From NCBI GenBank assembly GCA_965222075.1, contig OZ244937.1, positions 2,048,001-2,112,000 on the forward strand: a stretch of 64,000 nt of DNA. Direction: 5' to 3'. Below the pieces are notes generated by a model. That model searched no databases. It saw only the letters and a program-made list of their open reading frames with translations, and was not told the DNA's origin. This document shows positions 1 through 8,462 of the stretch, piece after piece; the first letter of the stretch is position 1; every line of letters starts with the position of its first letter. Source of the stretch: Candidatus Latescibacterota bacterium. Its GTDB lineage: Bacteria > Latescibacterota > UBA2968 > GCA-2709665. The translations under genes and the position numbers were made by a program.

Positions 1-828
1 GACTTCCAGCAAGCCGAACCCCAGTCCCATCGATACGTAGCTGCTAAGGCCAAACCACGCCACGTAGTCCAGAGGTCCGAGCCGTGGCATTGTGATCGTC
101 TCCAGCAGGAACGGCGTGGTCAGTCGATCCGGAACTTCGCTCGACGCGCCAAACAGGAACGGTGTCATCACGATGAGGATCAGGACGCGTCGCCGGCGGA
201 TCACGTGCAGGGCCTGAAGCAATGTGCGCCCCATCGTCCTGAAGGTCTCGCGCTCGTGGGCAGGCAGTGGCCGAAAGCCGTGCTCCGTCATTGCAAGCGC
301 CGAGAACAGGGCCAGGCCGAGGTACATGAAGCCCCCAACGACGAATGGCAGGCTGCGATCCATACTCGCCAGCGCGACGGATAGCGCCGCCCCCGCCAGC
401 CCACCGACGAGACCGGCCTGTGAGCCCCGCAGCAGCGCACGTGGCAGACGCTGGACGCCGATTTCATCGGCCAACCACGCGGTTCGAGCCCCGCTGCCGA
501 ACGTCACCCCGAGTCCCCCCACGACCTGGGCGGCGAGCAGTACGCCAAAAAGCGGGATGGACCCCGCGAGGAGGAAACCGGCGCCTGTAAGCGCCAGTCC
601 GATAACCACCGAGAGACGGCGGCTGTAGACGTCGGCGACGACGCCAGTGGGAAGCTCAAAGACAAAGACGGTTGCTTCCAGGACGGTTCCGACCAACACA
701 AGCTGGAGCGCATTGAGGCCGACGGTCTCGACCTGATAGACGAGGCTCGTTGTGATGACCGTCGCGACGGCGAGCCCCTCGACGGCCGACATGCCGACCG
801 AAAGTGGGTAGGCGGGCAGCCGCTTCAT
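1..828 (-). CDS. MFS transporter, TetA(P)/DHA3-like (3' end runs off window)
   Basis: Not in the ORF track because there is no stop in the window. Manual translation from the ATG at 828 gives MKRLPAYPLSVGMSAVEGLAVATVITTSLVYQVETVGLNALQLVLVGTVLEATVFVFELPTGVVADVYSRRLSVVIGLALTGAGFLL, matching the TetA(P)-type signature E-x-PTG-x-VADVYSR. The start overlaps the upstream gene's stop (ATGA at 825-828). Confidence 0.8.
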   Translation of the reverse strand, partial: MKRLPAYPLSVGMSAVEGLAVATVITTSLVYQVETVGLNALQLVLVGTVLEATVFVFELPTGVVADVYSRRLSVVIGLALTGAGFLLAGSIPLFGVLLAAQVVGGLGVTFGSGARTAWLADEIGVQRLPRALLRGSQAGLVGGLAGAALSVALASMDRSLPFVVGGFMYLGLALFSALAMTEHGFRPLPAHERETFRTMGRTLLQALHVIRRRRVLILIVMTPFLFGASSEVPDRLTTPFLLETITMPRLGPLDYVAWFGLSSYVSMGLGFGLLEV

Positions 829-1778
829 TCGAACAACCCTCGAACCCGATGAATTGCCTCCTCCGACAGCGGCTTTCCGGACGCCTTCACATTCTCCACC
901 ACCTGCGCAGGTGTCTTGGCCCCCGGGATCACCGTTGACACCGCGGGCTGCGCCAGCACGAACCTCAGCGCCGCCTCGGCCAGCGAGTCCGCCTCTTCCA
1001 GGAGAAAATCGAGCTGCGCGACCATCTCGGCCGTCTGCTTCACCTTTTCCGGTGGAAACCGCAGGCTCCGCAGGTCGCTTTGGGGGAACACCGTCTCTGC
1101 GTTGTACTTCCCCGTCAGCCAGCCCGAAGCCAGCGGCACCCGGACGATGATCCCCACCCCCTTCTCCAGGGCGGACGGAAAAAGCATATCCCCCTCCTTC
1201 TGCTGCAGGATATTGTAGACCAGCTGAATCGATGTCGCTCCTCCCTCCATCGCCCGCATCCCCTCCTCCACCACCCGATCCGACGACTCCACCGCGTTGA
1301 TCGATACCCCCCAGGTGCGGATCTTCCCCGAAGCCTTCAACGCTTCCATCAACCCGAACAACTCGTCCGTCATCAGCTCCAGGGGGGGGCCGTGAAGCTG
1401 GTAGAGATCCACATAATCCCGCTCCAGGCGGGTCAGACTCGCGTCCAGCGCCCCCCGGATGTACGGCTCTGAAAAATCCTGTCCCGGAGCGGCCAGGCTG
1501 TTCCCGACCTTGGTATTGATCACCGCCGCCGCCTTGTGCTCGTACAGCCCCATTCCCACCAGCACCTCGCTCTTCCCCCGCCCGTACGCATCAGCCGTAT
1601 CGTAAAACGTCACACCCAGATCCCACGCCCGCCGCACCGTCTCAACCGACGCCATAATATCCGCGCCTGACCAGCCGGTCGGGCTCCCTCCCCGAAACGA
1701 CGCCCCACCAATGGGCCAGCATCCCAGCCCAATCTCCGAGACCTCGATCCCCGTTCTCCCAAGTGTCCGATACTCCAT
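825..1778 (-). CDS. Aldo/keto reductase
   Basis: MEYRTLGRTGIEVSEIGLGCW, FYDTADAYG (catalytic Asp/Tyr), TKVG, DLYQLH, VIPGAKT. Start moved to ATG 1778 because AGGAGA lies just upstream. Confidence 0.92.
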   Translation of the reverse strand: MEYRTLGRTGIEVSEIGLGCWPIGGASFRGGSPTGWSGADIMASVETVRRAWDLGVTFYDTADAYGRGKSEVLVGMGLYEHKAAAVINTKVGNSLAAPGQDFSEPYIRGALDASLTRLERDYVDLYQLHGPPLELMTDELFGLMEALKASGKIRTWGVSINAVESSDRVVEEGMRAMEGGATSIQLVYNILQQKEGDMLFPSALEKGVGIIVRVPLASGWLTGKYNAETVFPQSDLRSLRFPPEKVKQTAEMVAQLDFLLEEADSLAEAALRFVLAQPAVSTVIPGAKTPAQVVENVKASGKPLSEEAIHRVRGLFE

Positions 1779-1795
1779 TCCGGATCTCCTTTCCT

Positions 1796-2575
1796 TTATA
1801 TCCCGACGAATTCTTCTCCTTCGGGATACAGGTGCCGCATTCTTGGAATGTACTTCTTCAACCACCGATCATTCGTTTCGTCGCCCCCCGGAATATTTGT
1901 ACACATCCACATAGGAGGATCGATATTTTCTTCGGCGCAAAGTTCCACAACCCGGATCACCAGCAGCTGTACGATCAAACAGGACGTCATGGTCGACGCG
2001 ACCCCCACCGGCTGTGAAACCCCCGGCACTGCAACAACCTGTTCGTCTGCGGACGTATGCGTGTCAATAACAATATCCACCACCTCCCCAAGATTCTTCC
2101 GGCTGGGGTGCCTCGCCACGAAATCCTCAGGGGTATGCTCACTGAAGGCCTTGCTGGTGATGCCGATCACCACTGCCGCCCGCTTTTTGGCCGCTAAGGC
2201 CATATCGATGGTTGCCGCGTTCATCCCGTAATAATTGCACACAATCACCACATCCTCCGGCCGCACATCGTGATAGGCCATCGTTGCGCCCCCCATCCCC
2301 GCCACCCGTTCCAGGCAGGGCTTCCCGTCGAACAACCCCAGCCCCGGTCCGAACACAATACTCGCATTCGCCAGACCGCCCGCCCGGTAGAACATCTCCA
2401 TCGCGGGAATCTGGGAATGTCCTCCCGCCCCGGCAACGTGGATGATCGCATCCCGCCTGATGGCCTCAACCAGCGCCTGAGCAGCCTCTTCTATCTGGCC
2501 GGAACTCTCCCGCACGATTTTTTCCAACAGATCGTTCACATGGTCCAGAAATTCCCGACAACCCTTGCTGGGCAT
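1796..2575 (-). CDS. SIS (sugar isomerase) domain protein
   Basis: GAGGHSQIPAMEMFYRAGGL, VVIGITS, HPSRKNLGEVVDIVIDT are typical of this SIS-domain family. Confidence 0.85.
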   Translation of the reverse strand: MPSKGCREFLDHVNDLLEKIVRESSGQIEEAAQALVEAIRRDAIIHVAGAGGHSQIPAMEMFYRAGGLANASIVFGPGLGLFDGKPCLERVAGMGGATMAYHDVRPEDVVIVCNYYGMNAATIDMALAAKKRAAVVIGITSKAFSEHTPEDFVARHPSRKNLGEVVDIVIDTHTSADEQVVAVPGVSQPVGVASTMTSCLIVQLLVIRVVELCAEENIDPPMWMCTNIPGGDETNDRWLKKYIPRMRHLYPEGEEFVGI

Positions 2576-2623
2576 CGTTGCCCTCCATAACGTTTAGTGG
2601 TTTGAAAAACCCACGCCAAAAAA

Positions 2624-3841
2624 TCACGAAGCAGATCCCGCCGCCGGGACCCCGTCCGCCAATGCCGCCTCTTCCGCCTCTTTCTCTTTGCTCAACAGGC
2701 CTTCCGGGTCCACCCACTGGCTCACCACCAGGGAAATCAGCGCCAGTGCGGACCCGCTGAAAAAGATCACCTGGTACCCGAAGTAGTGCCACGCCAGCCC
2801 GCCGATCAGGGGCGCGGCCACGGCCGCGAAGTGGTTCATCGTCACCCCCATCGAAAGCGTCGGCTTCAGGTCTTCCTCCGGCGCAATCTTGTGGAGGTAG
2901 GTCGTCAGAGCGATGTCTCCAACGAAAACCAGATTGTCGACGCAGTAGAGCACGTAGAGCGTGGGCCGGTGCAGGACCACCGCGTACCCGAAAAACACGA
3001 ACATCAGACCCAGGTAGCTCGCACTCAGCATCGGCCGCTCCCCGTACCGGTCCACCAGCCGTCCCATCAGCGGCGCAATCGCCGCAACCAGCATCTGGTT
3101 GACCAGCATCAGGACCATCGTCGTTCCAACCGGCATCCCGTGCACCTTCACCAGCGCAAAGATCGCAAATGTAAGAAACATCTGCCTCCGGCAGCCCTGG
3201 AGAAAATGGATCGCATAGTAAAGCCCGTAGCGCCGCTTGAACACAAACCCCTTCCCCCGGACCCGGGATTGCTTTCGGGATGCAAACATCACCGCCACGC
3301 CGCCCAGGATGGGTGCGATTCCGGCCACCACAAAAAGCCCCTCATAGCGGAGCAGGTGAAAGCTTAGAATACAGATCCCGATCGTCAGCAACCACGCCGC
3401 ACTCTGCACGCTTCGGAGCTGCCCCAGCCACCTCCCTTTTTTTCCCTCCGGGGAATACGCCAGCCCCATTGCCTGCTCTAAGGGGATCCAACAGTGGAAC
3501 CCGATGCTCCAGAACACCGAATAAAGCGCCAGGGCAAACACCGTTGTCACCCCGGCATACGCTGCAATCCCCAGCCCCATCACAACCAGGGACACCCCGG
3601 CCACCAGGGGAGGCGCCAGCCGGATCATCACCGCAATAAACAGGGCGTTCAAAAACCCCGGCACCTCCCGCAGCGCCTCCACGTACCCCAGCTCGTGGGG
3701 CTCGATTCCCAGCCGCTCCACGATAAAATTGTTAAACAGCGTCAGCTGAACCCCAAAAAAGACCCCCACGGAAAAGACCGCGCAGGCCAGCAGCCTGAAG
3801 TCCCGGTTCCACTCCGCAAATGGATTCTTGAAACGGTTCAA
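2624..3841 (-). CDS. MFS transporter
   Basis: About 12 hydrophobic segments and MFS motif GRLVDRYGER. The TTG start at 3841 is preferred (GAGGTGGAGG upstream) over the GTG at 3877, which overlaps the upstream gene. Confidence 0.88.
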   Translation of the reverse strand: MNRFKNPFAEWNRDFRLLACAVFSVGVFFGVQLTLFNNFIVERLGIEPHELGYVEALREVPGFLNALFIAVMIRLAPPLVAGVSLVVMGLGIAAYAGVTTVFALALYSVFWSIGFHCWIPLEQAMGLAYSPEGKKGRWLGQLRSVQSAAWLLTIGICILSFHLLRYEGLFVVAGIAPILGGVAVMFASRKQSRVRGKGFVFKRRYGLYYAIHFLQGCRRQMFLTFAIFALVKVHGMPVGTTMVLMLVNQMLVAAIAPLMGRLVDRYGERPMLSASYLGLMFVFFGYAVVLHRPTLYVLYCVDNLVFVGDIALTTYLHKIAPEEDLKPTLSMGVTMNHFAAVAAPLIGGLAWHYFGYQVIFFSGSALALISLVVSQWVDPEGLLSKEKEAEEAALADGVPAAGSAS

Positions 3842-3855
3842 CGTCGGCCTCCACC

Positions 3856-4797
3856 TCAGTTCCCTAAAGGCTCCCACACCTCTCCAAATACCGACCGCAG
3901 CCTGGCCATATCCTCCTCCGGAAGCGGCGGCCCCAGGATCGCCTCGACGTTATCCTCTAAGTGTTTGATATTCGCCGTCCCCGTCAGAACCGTTGACATC
4001 GCCGGGTGGGCCGCCACGTACTTGTACCCGGCCGCCGGAAGCGACGTCACGTGGTCCTTGATCAGCCAGCCAAGCGGGTCGTCGTCCGGCAGCGCATCAG
4101 GCGCAATCAACCCTTGCGCCACCGCATCGGCGATCCGCTCTTTCAGCACCTCCGACCGACTCAAGGCCCGGCGTACCGCCACCATGCAAATCACCCCCAC
4201 GTTCCTCTCCCGGCACATCGGCAGCACCATGTGCTCCGGCGTCGGGCTCAACAGGCTGTAGCCCACCATCGCCGTATCGAACAGGTCGTCCTTCAGCGCC
4301 ATCGGAAACATCTCGTGACGCGGGTCCTGAGAATAGGTCTCCGAGACCCCCAGGAACCGGAACTTTCCCTGATCCTGAAGCCGCTTCATCACCGGCACAA
4401 AGATCTCAATCGTCCGCTGGTAGTCCTCCGGCTTGACCCCGTGGAACTGCATCACATCGATCGTCTCCACTCGCAACCGCTTCAGGCTCCGCTCGACCGA
4501 TTCCACGGCCTCCTCCGGCGTTGCCGTCCACGCGTCCCGCGCCGCCTGGAACTTCGTGGCCACGATGTAGTCCTCCCTCGGCACGCCCTCAAGCGCCCGG
4601 CCCAGGATCACCTCGCTCTCCTTGTATCCGGCCGCCGTATCGAAAAAATTGATCCCCAGGTCCAGCGCCCGGTGCACCAGCCGGGTCACGTCCGGTTCCG
4701 GCACCCCCGTACTCTGCCCAAAATTGCTCGGCCCCCCCGTCCCGATGCCCATCACCGACACGCGAAGCCCGGTCCTGCCAAGCGTACGGTATTCCAT
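3856..4797 (-). CDS. Aldo/keto reductase
   Basis: MEYRTLGRTGLRVSVMGIG, FFDTAAGY, ATKF, DVMQFH, VLTGTAN. Confidence 0.92.
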   Translation of the reverse strand: MEYRTLGRTGLRVSVMGIGTGGPSNFGQSTGVPEPDVTRLVHRALDLGINFFDTAAGYKESEVILGRALEGVPREDYIVATKFQAARDAWTATPEEAVESVERSLKRLRVETIDVMQFHGVKPEDYQRTIEIFVPVMKRLQDQGKFRFLGVSETYSQDPRHEMFPMALKDDLFDTAMVGYSLLSPTPEHMVLPMCRERNVGVICMVAVRRALSRSEVLKERIADAVAQGLIAPDALPDDDPLGWLIKDHVTSLPAAGYKYVAAHPAMSTVLTGTANIKHLEDNVEAILGPPLPEEDMARLRSVFGEVWEPLGN

Positions 4798-5100
4798 TGA
4801 TGATCTCCCTGATCAGCTATCATAAGGATTCCTGTTCTCAACCGATTGGATCTAAGCAGCTTCTAATATACGTCATCCTGCAACCGGGTGCCACCCTTTT
4901 GCCGGTGTGGGCCTCTCTCCCCGATGAAAAGGCGAGAATTTTCTACTTGCATAATTCGGTCTATTGACATACTCATGGGCATTCATAATTGTTCACGGTG
5001 CATCCCCACGCACGTTCAACCCTGGAACGTCTCTACGTTCTATCGTTCTATCGTCGCTAATACGAAGATTTGAGGATCCACCCTTTACCAAGGAGCCATT

Positions 5101-8100
5101 GTGAACCTCGTCACATCCCAAGAGATTCAACTCGCACGCCACCACGTAGCAAATGACGCTTCTGCCCGCAGGATCGCAGACAGCATCTTCGCAAGTGCCG
5201 CCCCCTGGCTCGACCGGGACGACAGCGCCATCCGCGACCTCATGCCCGGGGCCGACGTCCCCCGCACCTGGACCGTCAACTACATCACCGGCTGTCCGGT
5301 CCACGGCAGCGGGCCGGAGGGATACAGGGACTATGCGCAGGGTGGGTGGCATCATGACCCCTTCAATACAAAGTGGAAAGTCACCTGCGCCGTCGGAGGC
5401 GAGACCTACCCCAGCAACGACTTCGAAGCCTTCTATCAGACCCGGGACCGCAGCCTCCTCACCGGTCCCTACCCCGACGACGGATCCGGATGGCGGGCGC
5501 CCGGCGCTCTGTACAAACACTGGTTCGTCGCTTACTGTTGCGGCAGCATCTGGTCTACGGTCACGTCCGGCCTGACCTCCCTTTACCAGGCCTACCTCCT
5601 CAGCGGCGACGCTCGATACGCCCACAAGGCTCTCGTCATCCTGGACCGGCTCGCGGAGGTCTACCCCGACATGGACTACAGCACCCAGTCCATGTACGCC
5701 CTTGAATTCTCCCCAGGGTACGACGGCAAGATCTCCGACCTCATCTCCGAAACCGGCATCGTGCGGACCCTCTGCAAAGCCTTAGATGCGGTCCGGGACG
5801 CACTTCCGGACGACCCGACGTTCGGACAAACCGCAGACGCCACCCTCTCCAAGCTTGAACGCGGCATCCTCGGCGCCAGCCTGGAGGGCGTCTACGGGGG
5901 GAAGGTGCGCAGCAACTACGGCGGGCACCAGGAATCCCTCCTGATTGCAGCGCTGGCTCTGGGAGACCCGAAAGAGATTGACCGGGCAGTGGACTGGACG
6001 CTCAACAACACCGGCGAGGCCACAAGGCATAAAGAGATGCTCACCAGCTTCGACGACTACATCTTCCGCGACAGGGCCGCCCACGCCGAAGGAATCAATT
6101 TCGCCTTAGACAGCCTCATCTTCAGAGAAGGCATCGGCTGGGAGTCCTCGCCCGGCTACAACAGCGGGTGGGTCACCCACCTTACCACCATCGCCGCCCT
6201 CCTGGAGCCGCTGGGCGTCCGGCTCTGGGACCGCCCGAAGTTTCGCCGCATGTACCGCTGGCCCACCGAAATGACCTGCATAGACCGCTTCACCCCCGCC
6301 ATTGCCGACGCCGGAAGCGCCCTCGGCGGCCGGGTCCAGTTCTCCGCCGACGCCCTCCGCACCGCGTATGCCGCCACGGGGGACCCCTTTATCGGCGAAC
6401 TTCTAAGGCGGAACAAAACGCGATTCGACAGCTTCGAATCCCTCTTTGACGACCCCCTCACGCCTTCTCCCGACAAAGGTGGCGCAGCAGAACTCAAACG
6501 CCTCACCGTCCCCAGCCATCTCATGGGAGGCTACGGCCTGGCCCTGCTGAGATCCGGACGCGGGAAGGAACGTACCGCAGTCTCCCTCTACTACGGCCGG
6601 GCCGCTACTGAACACGCCCACTTCGACCGGCTCAACCTGGAACTCTTCGGGTACGGACGGAAGCTGGTCCCCGACCTCGGCTATCCCGAACACGCCGCCG
6701 AAGGGGAGGGCCCCGCCGTGTGGACCAAGAACACGGCTTCTCACGCCACCGTCGTGGTGGACGAGCGCCGCCAGGACACCCAGGCCCCCGGCCGGCTCTC
6801 TCTGTTCACGTCAACAGACGGCCTGAACCTGGTCGAAGTCGACGCCCCCGACACCTACCACCACACCTCGGAATACCGCCGTACCGTCGCCCTCATCGAC
6901 ATCGCGCCCGACGCCCGCTACGTCCTGGACCTCTTCCGGATCGCCGGCGGAGATCAACACGACTACAGCATCCACGGCTTCGAGGGCGGCTTCTGCGCCG
7001 AGGGCATTGCCCTCTCCGATCCCCAGGCGGAAGGCACCCTGGCGGGAGAAGACATTCCCCCTGGCGCCATTTATGACGACGACGGGCTGGCCGACCCGCT
7101 CAAAAAAGGCCGCTCCTACTACACCTATCGCGGCAGCGGCTACTCCTGCCTCTACGACATCCGGAGGGGCCGTCCGGAAGCCCCCTGGTCTGCGGCCTGG
7201 ACCGACCTGCCTGCGCAGTGCCATGCTGCAGGCAGGCGCATCCACCGTCGGACTCCGGACCACCTTTCTCCCCTCAGAAGAAGCCATCGTCGCCCACGGG
7301 GATCCCCCCCGCAAACGGGGCGACAACCCCAGGCAGTTGACCTACATCCTGCTCCGCAACTCGGGAGACGGCATCGCAAGCCAATTTGCTGCCGTGCTGG
7401 AACCCTTTGCTGGCGCGCCTAAAATCCACATTGCCGAACAGATCGAACGCACCGACCGCTCGGTCGCCCTCAAAATCCGCCATCAGCACGGCGAAGACAC
7501 CCTCTCCCATACCGTGAGCCCAACCGGAACCACCTTCAGCCTGGTCCGCCGCGACCCGGACGGCAAGCTCATCCGGCTCGACCAGGTCGGTCCCGGATCT
7601 GTCCGGGCAGACGGACACACGCTCACCATTGAAAAAAGCATCTCCGGGAGCATTGTCTCCGTCGATCCCCACACCTCCACCATCCACATCGAACGCGACG
7701 CGAACAGCCAGCCCCTCAGGCGCGCCCTCATCGGTGAAACCATCCACATCCACAACGGCCGCCGCACCACCGCCTACACCATCTCTTCCGTGGAAGGGAG
7801 AGGCAGGGGCTACCGCATCGGCCTGAACAACGAATCCTTCCGCATCGGCAGGTTCCTCACCACCGGCATCAACGCCGACGGATCGGGCCTATCCACCAAA
7901 ACCTGCCTCTACCTGGCCTCACAGGGCTACTACCGGGGCGCTCGCCTGGTGGATGAAACGCATGCGGTGTGGCTGCCTGTAGAAGACGTGAAGCTCTCGC
8001 CGCACCGTCCCAAATCTCGCCGGGACGGGTCAATTGCTCTGGTGGACAATCACGATCTGCACGCGCACTTCACACCCGGACAGATCGCCTATCTCTACGA

Positions 8101-8209
8101 CTTCGGGCCGGGCGACGCCGTCTCCATCACGCCGCGTGCGACGGCACTCCGCCGGACGGACGGCAGCTTCCGGACAAAAGGAAATTGTCGCGCGGTTCTG
8201 TCAGGGTAG
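5101..8209 (+). pseudogene. Heparinase II/III-like (Hepar_II_III) polysaccharide lyase, frameshifted by a palindromic insertion at 7206-7236
   Basis: Motifs ESSPGY, HAHFDRLNLELFG, PDLGY, TASHATVVVDE. ORF 5101-7422 matches the downstream paralogue up to WTD (7206), and the match continues in the frame of ORF 7007-8209 (GASTVGLRTTFLP...). Confidence 0.85.
7206..7236. repeat. 31 bp palindromic micro-insertion CCTGCCTGC-GCAGTGCCATGCT-GCAGGCAGG
   Basis: 9 bp perfect inverted arms. Absent at the aligned position of the paralogue (10581-10610). Coincides with the +1 frameshift. Confidence 0.88.
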
Positions 8210-8411
8210 GGCACGGAGGGTATTCGGTGCGGGGGGAAGGGGCTTTTCCGCGCAGATCCCCCCAGCACCTGCGCCCAAAAACGCCCCAAAGGTCCGCAGG
8301 GCAGAAACGCCTGCTTCCACCCCAAGGGCAGTTCGCGGAAAAGCAGCCCCGCGGCGTTTGAGCGGCGCCCTTCTTTTTCGGCCTTTTTCTTGGGCGAACA
8401 AGAAAAAGGCC
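8210..8411 (+). ncRNA. Structured intergenic element with predicted loop-loop pseudoknot and 13 bp terminal hairpin (ncRNA or non-autonomous repeat)
   Basis: Complementary segments 8226-8237/8257-8269, 8242-8252/8334-8344 (perfect 11 bp), 8279-8285/8353-8359, 8296-8300/8310-8314 and 8380-8392/8399-8411 (perfect 13 bp, loop GGCGAA). Strand is not established. Confidence 0.5.
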
Positions 8412-8462
8412 AAAAGCAAAAGAAAGGTTACTTTCCAAGCAACTTCTTACCAGGGAGCCATT

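Noticed and set aside
4940-5060. Promoter and operator candidates before the first lyase (TTGACA at 4964; ACGTTC-N7-GAACGT; GTTCTATC repeats)
   Set aside because: The -35/-10 spacing is wrong (14 bp), and the repeats are too short to distinguish from chance.
7007-7422. Programmed ribosomal frameshift or two separate genes
   Set aside because: No slippery sequence is present, and the shift is fully explained by the palindromic insertion.
8034-8462. 143-codon N-terminal extension of the second lyase in the ORF track
   Set aside because: It overlaps the previous gene and the structured element. The paralogue alignment and RBS context place the start at GTG 8463.
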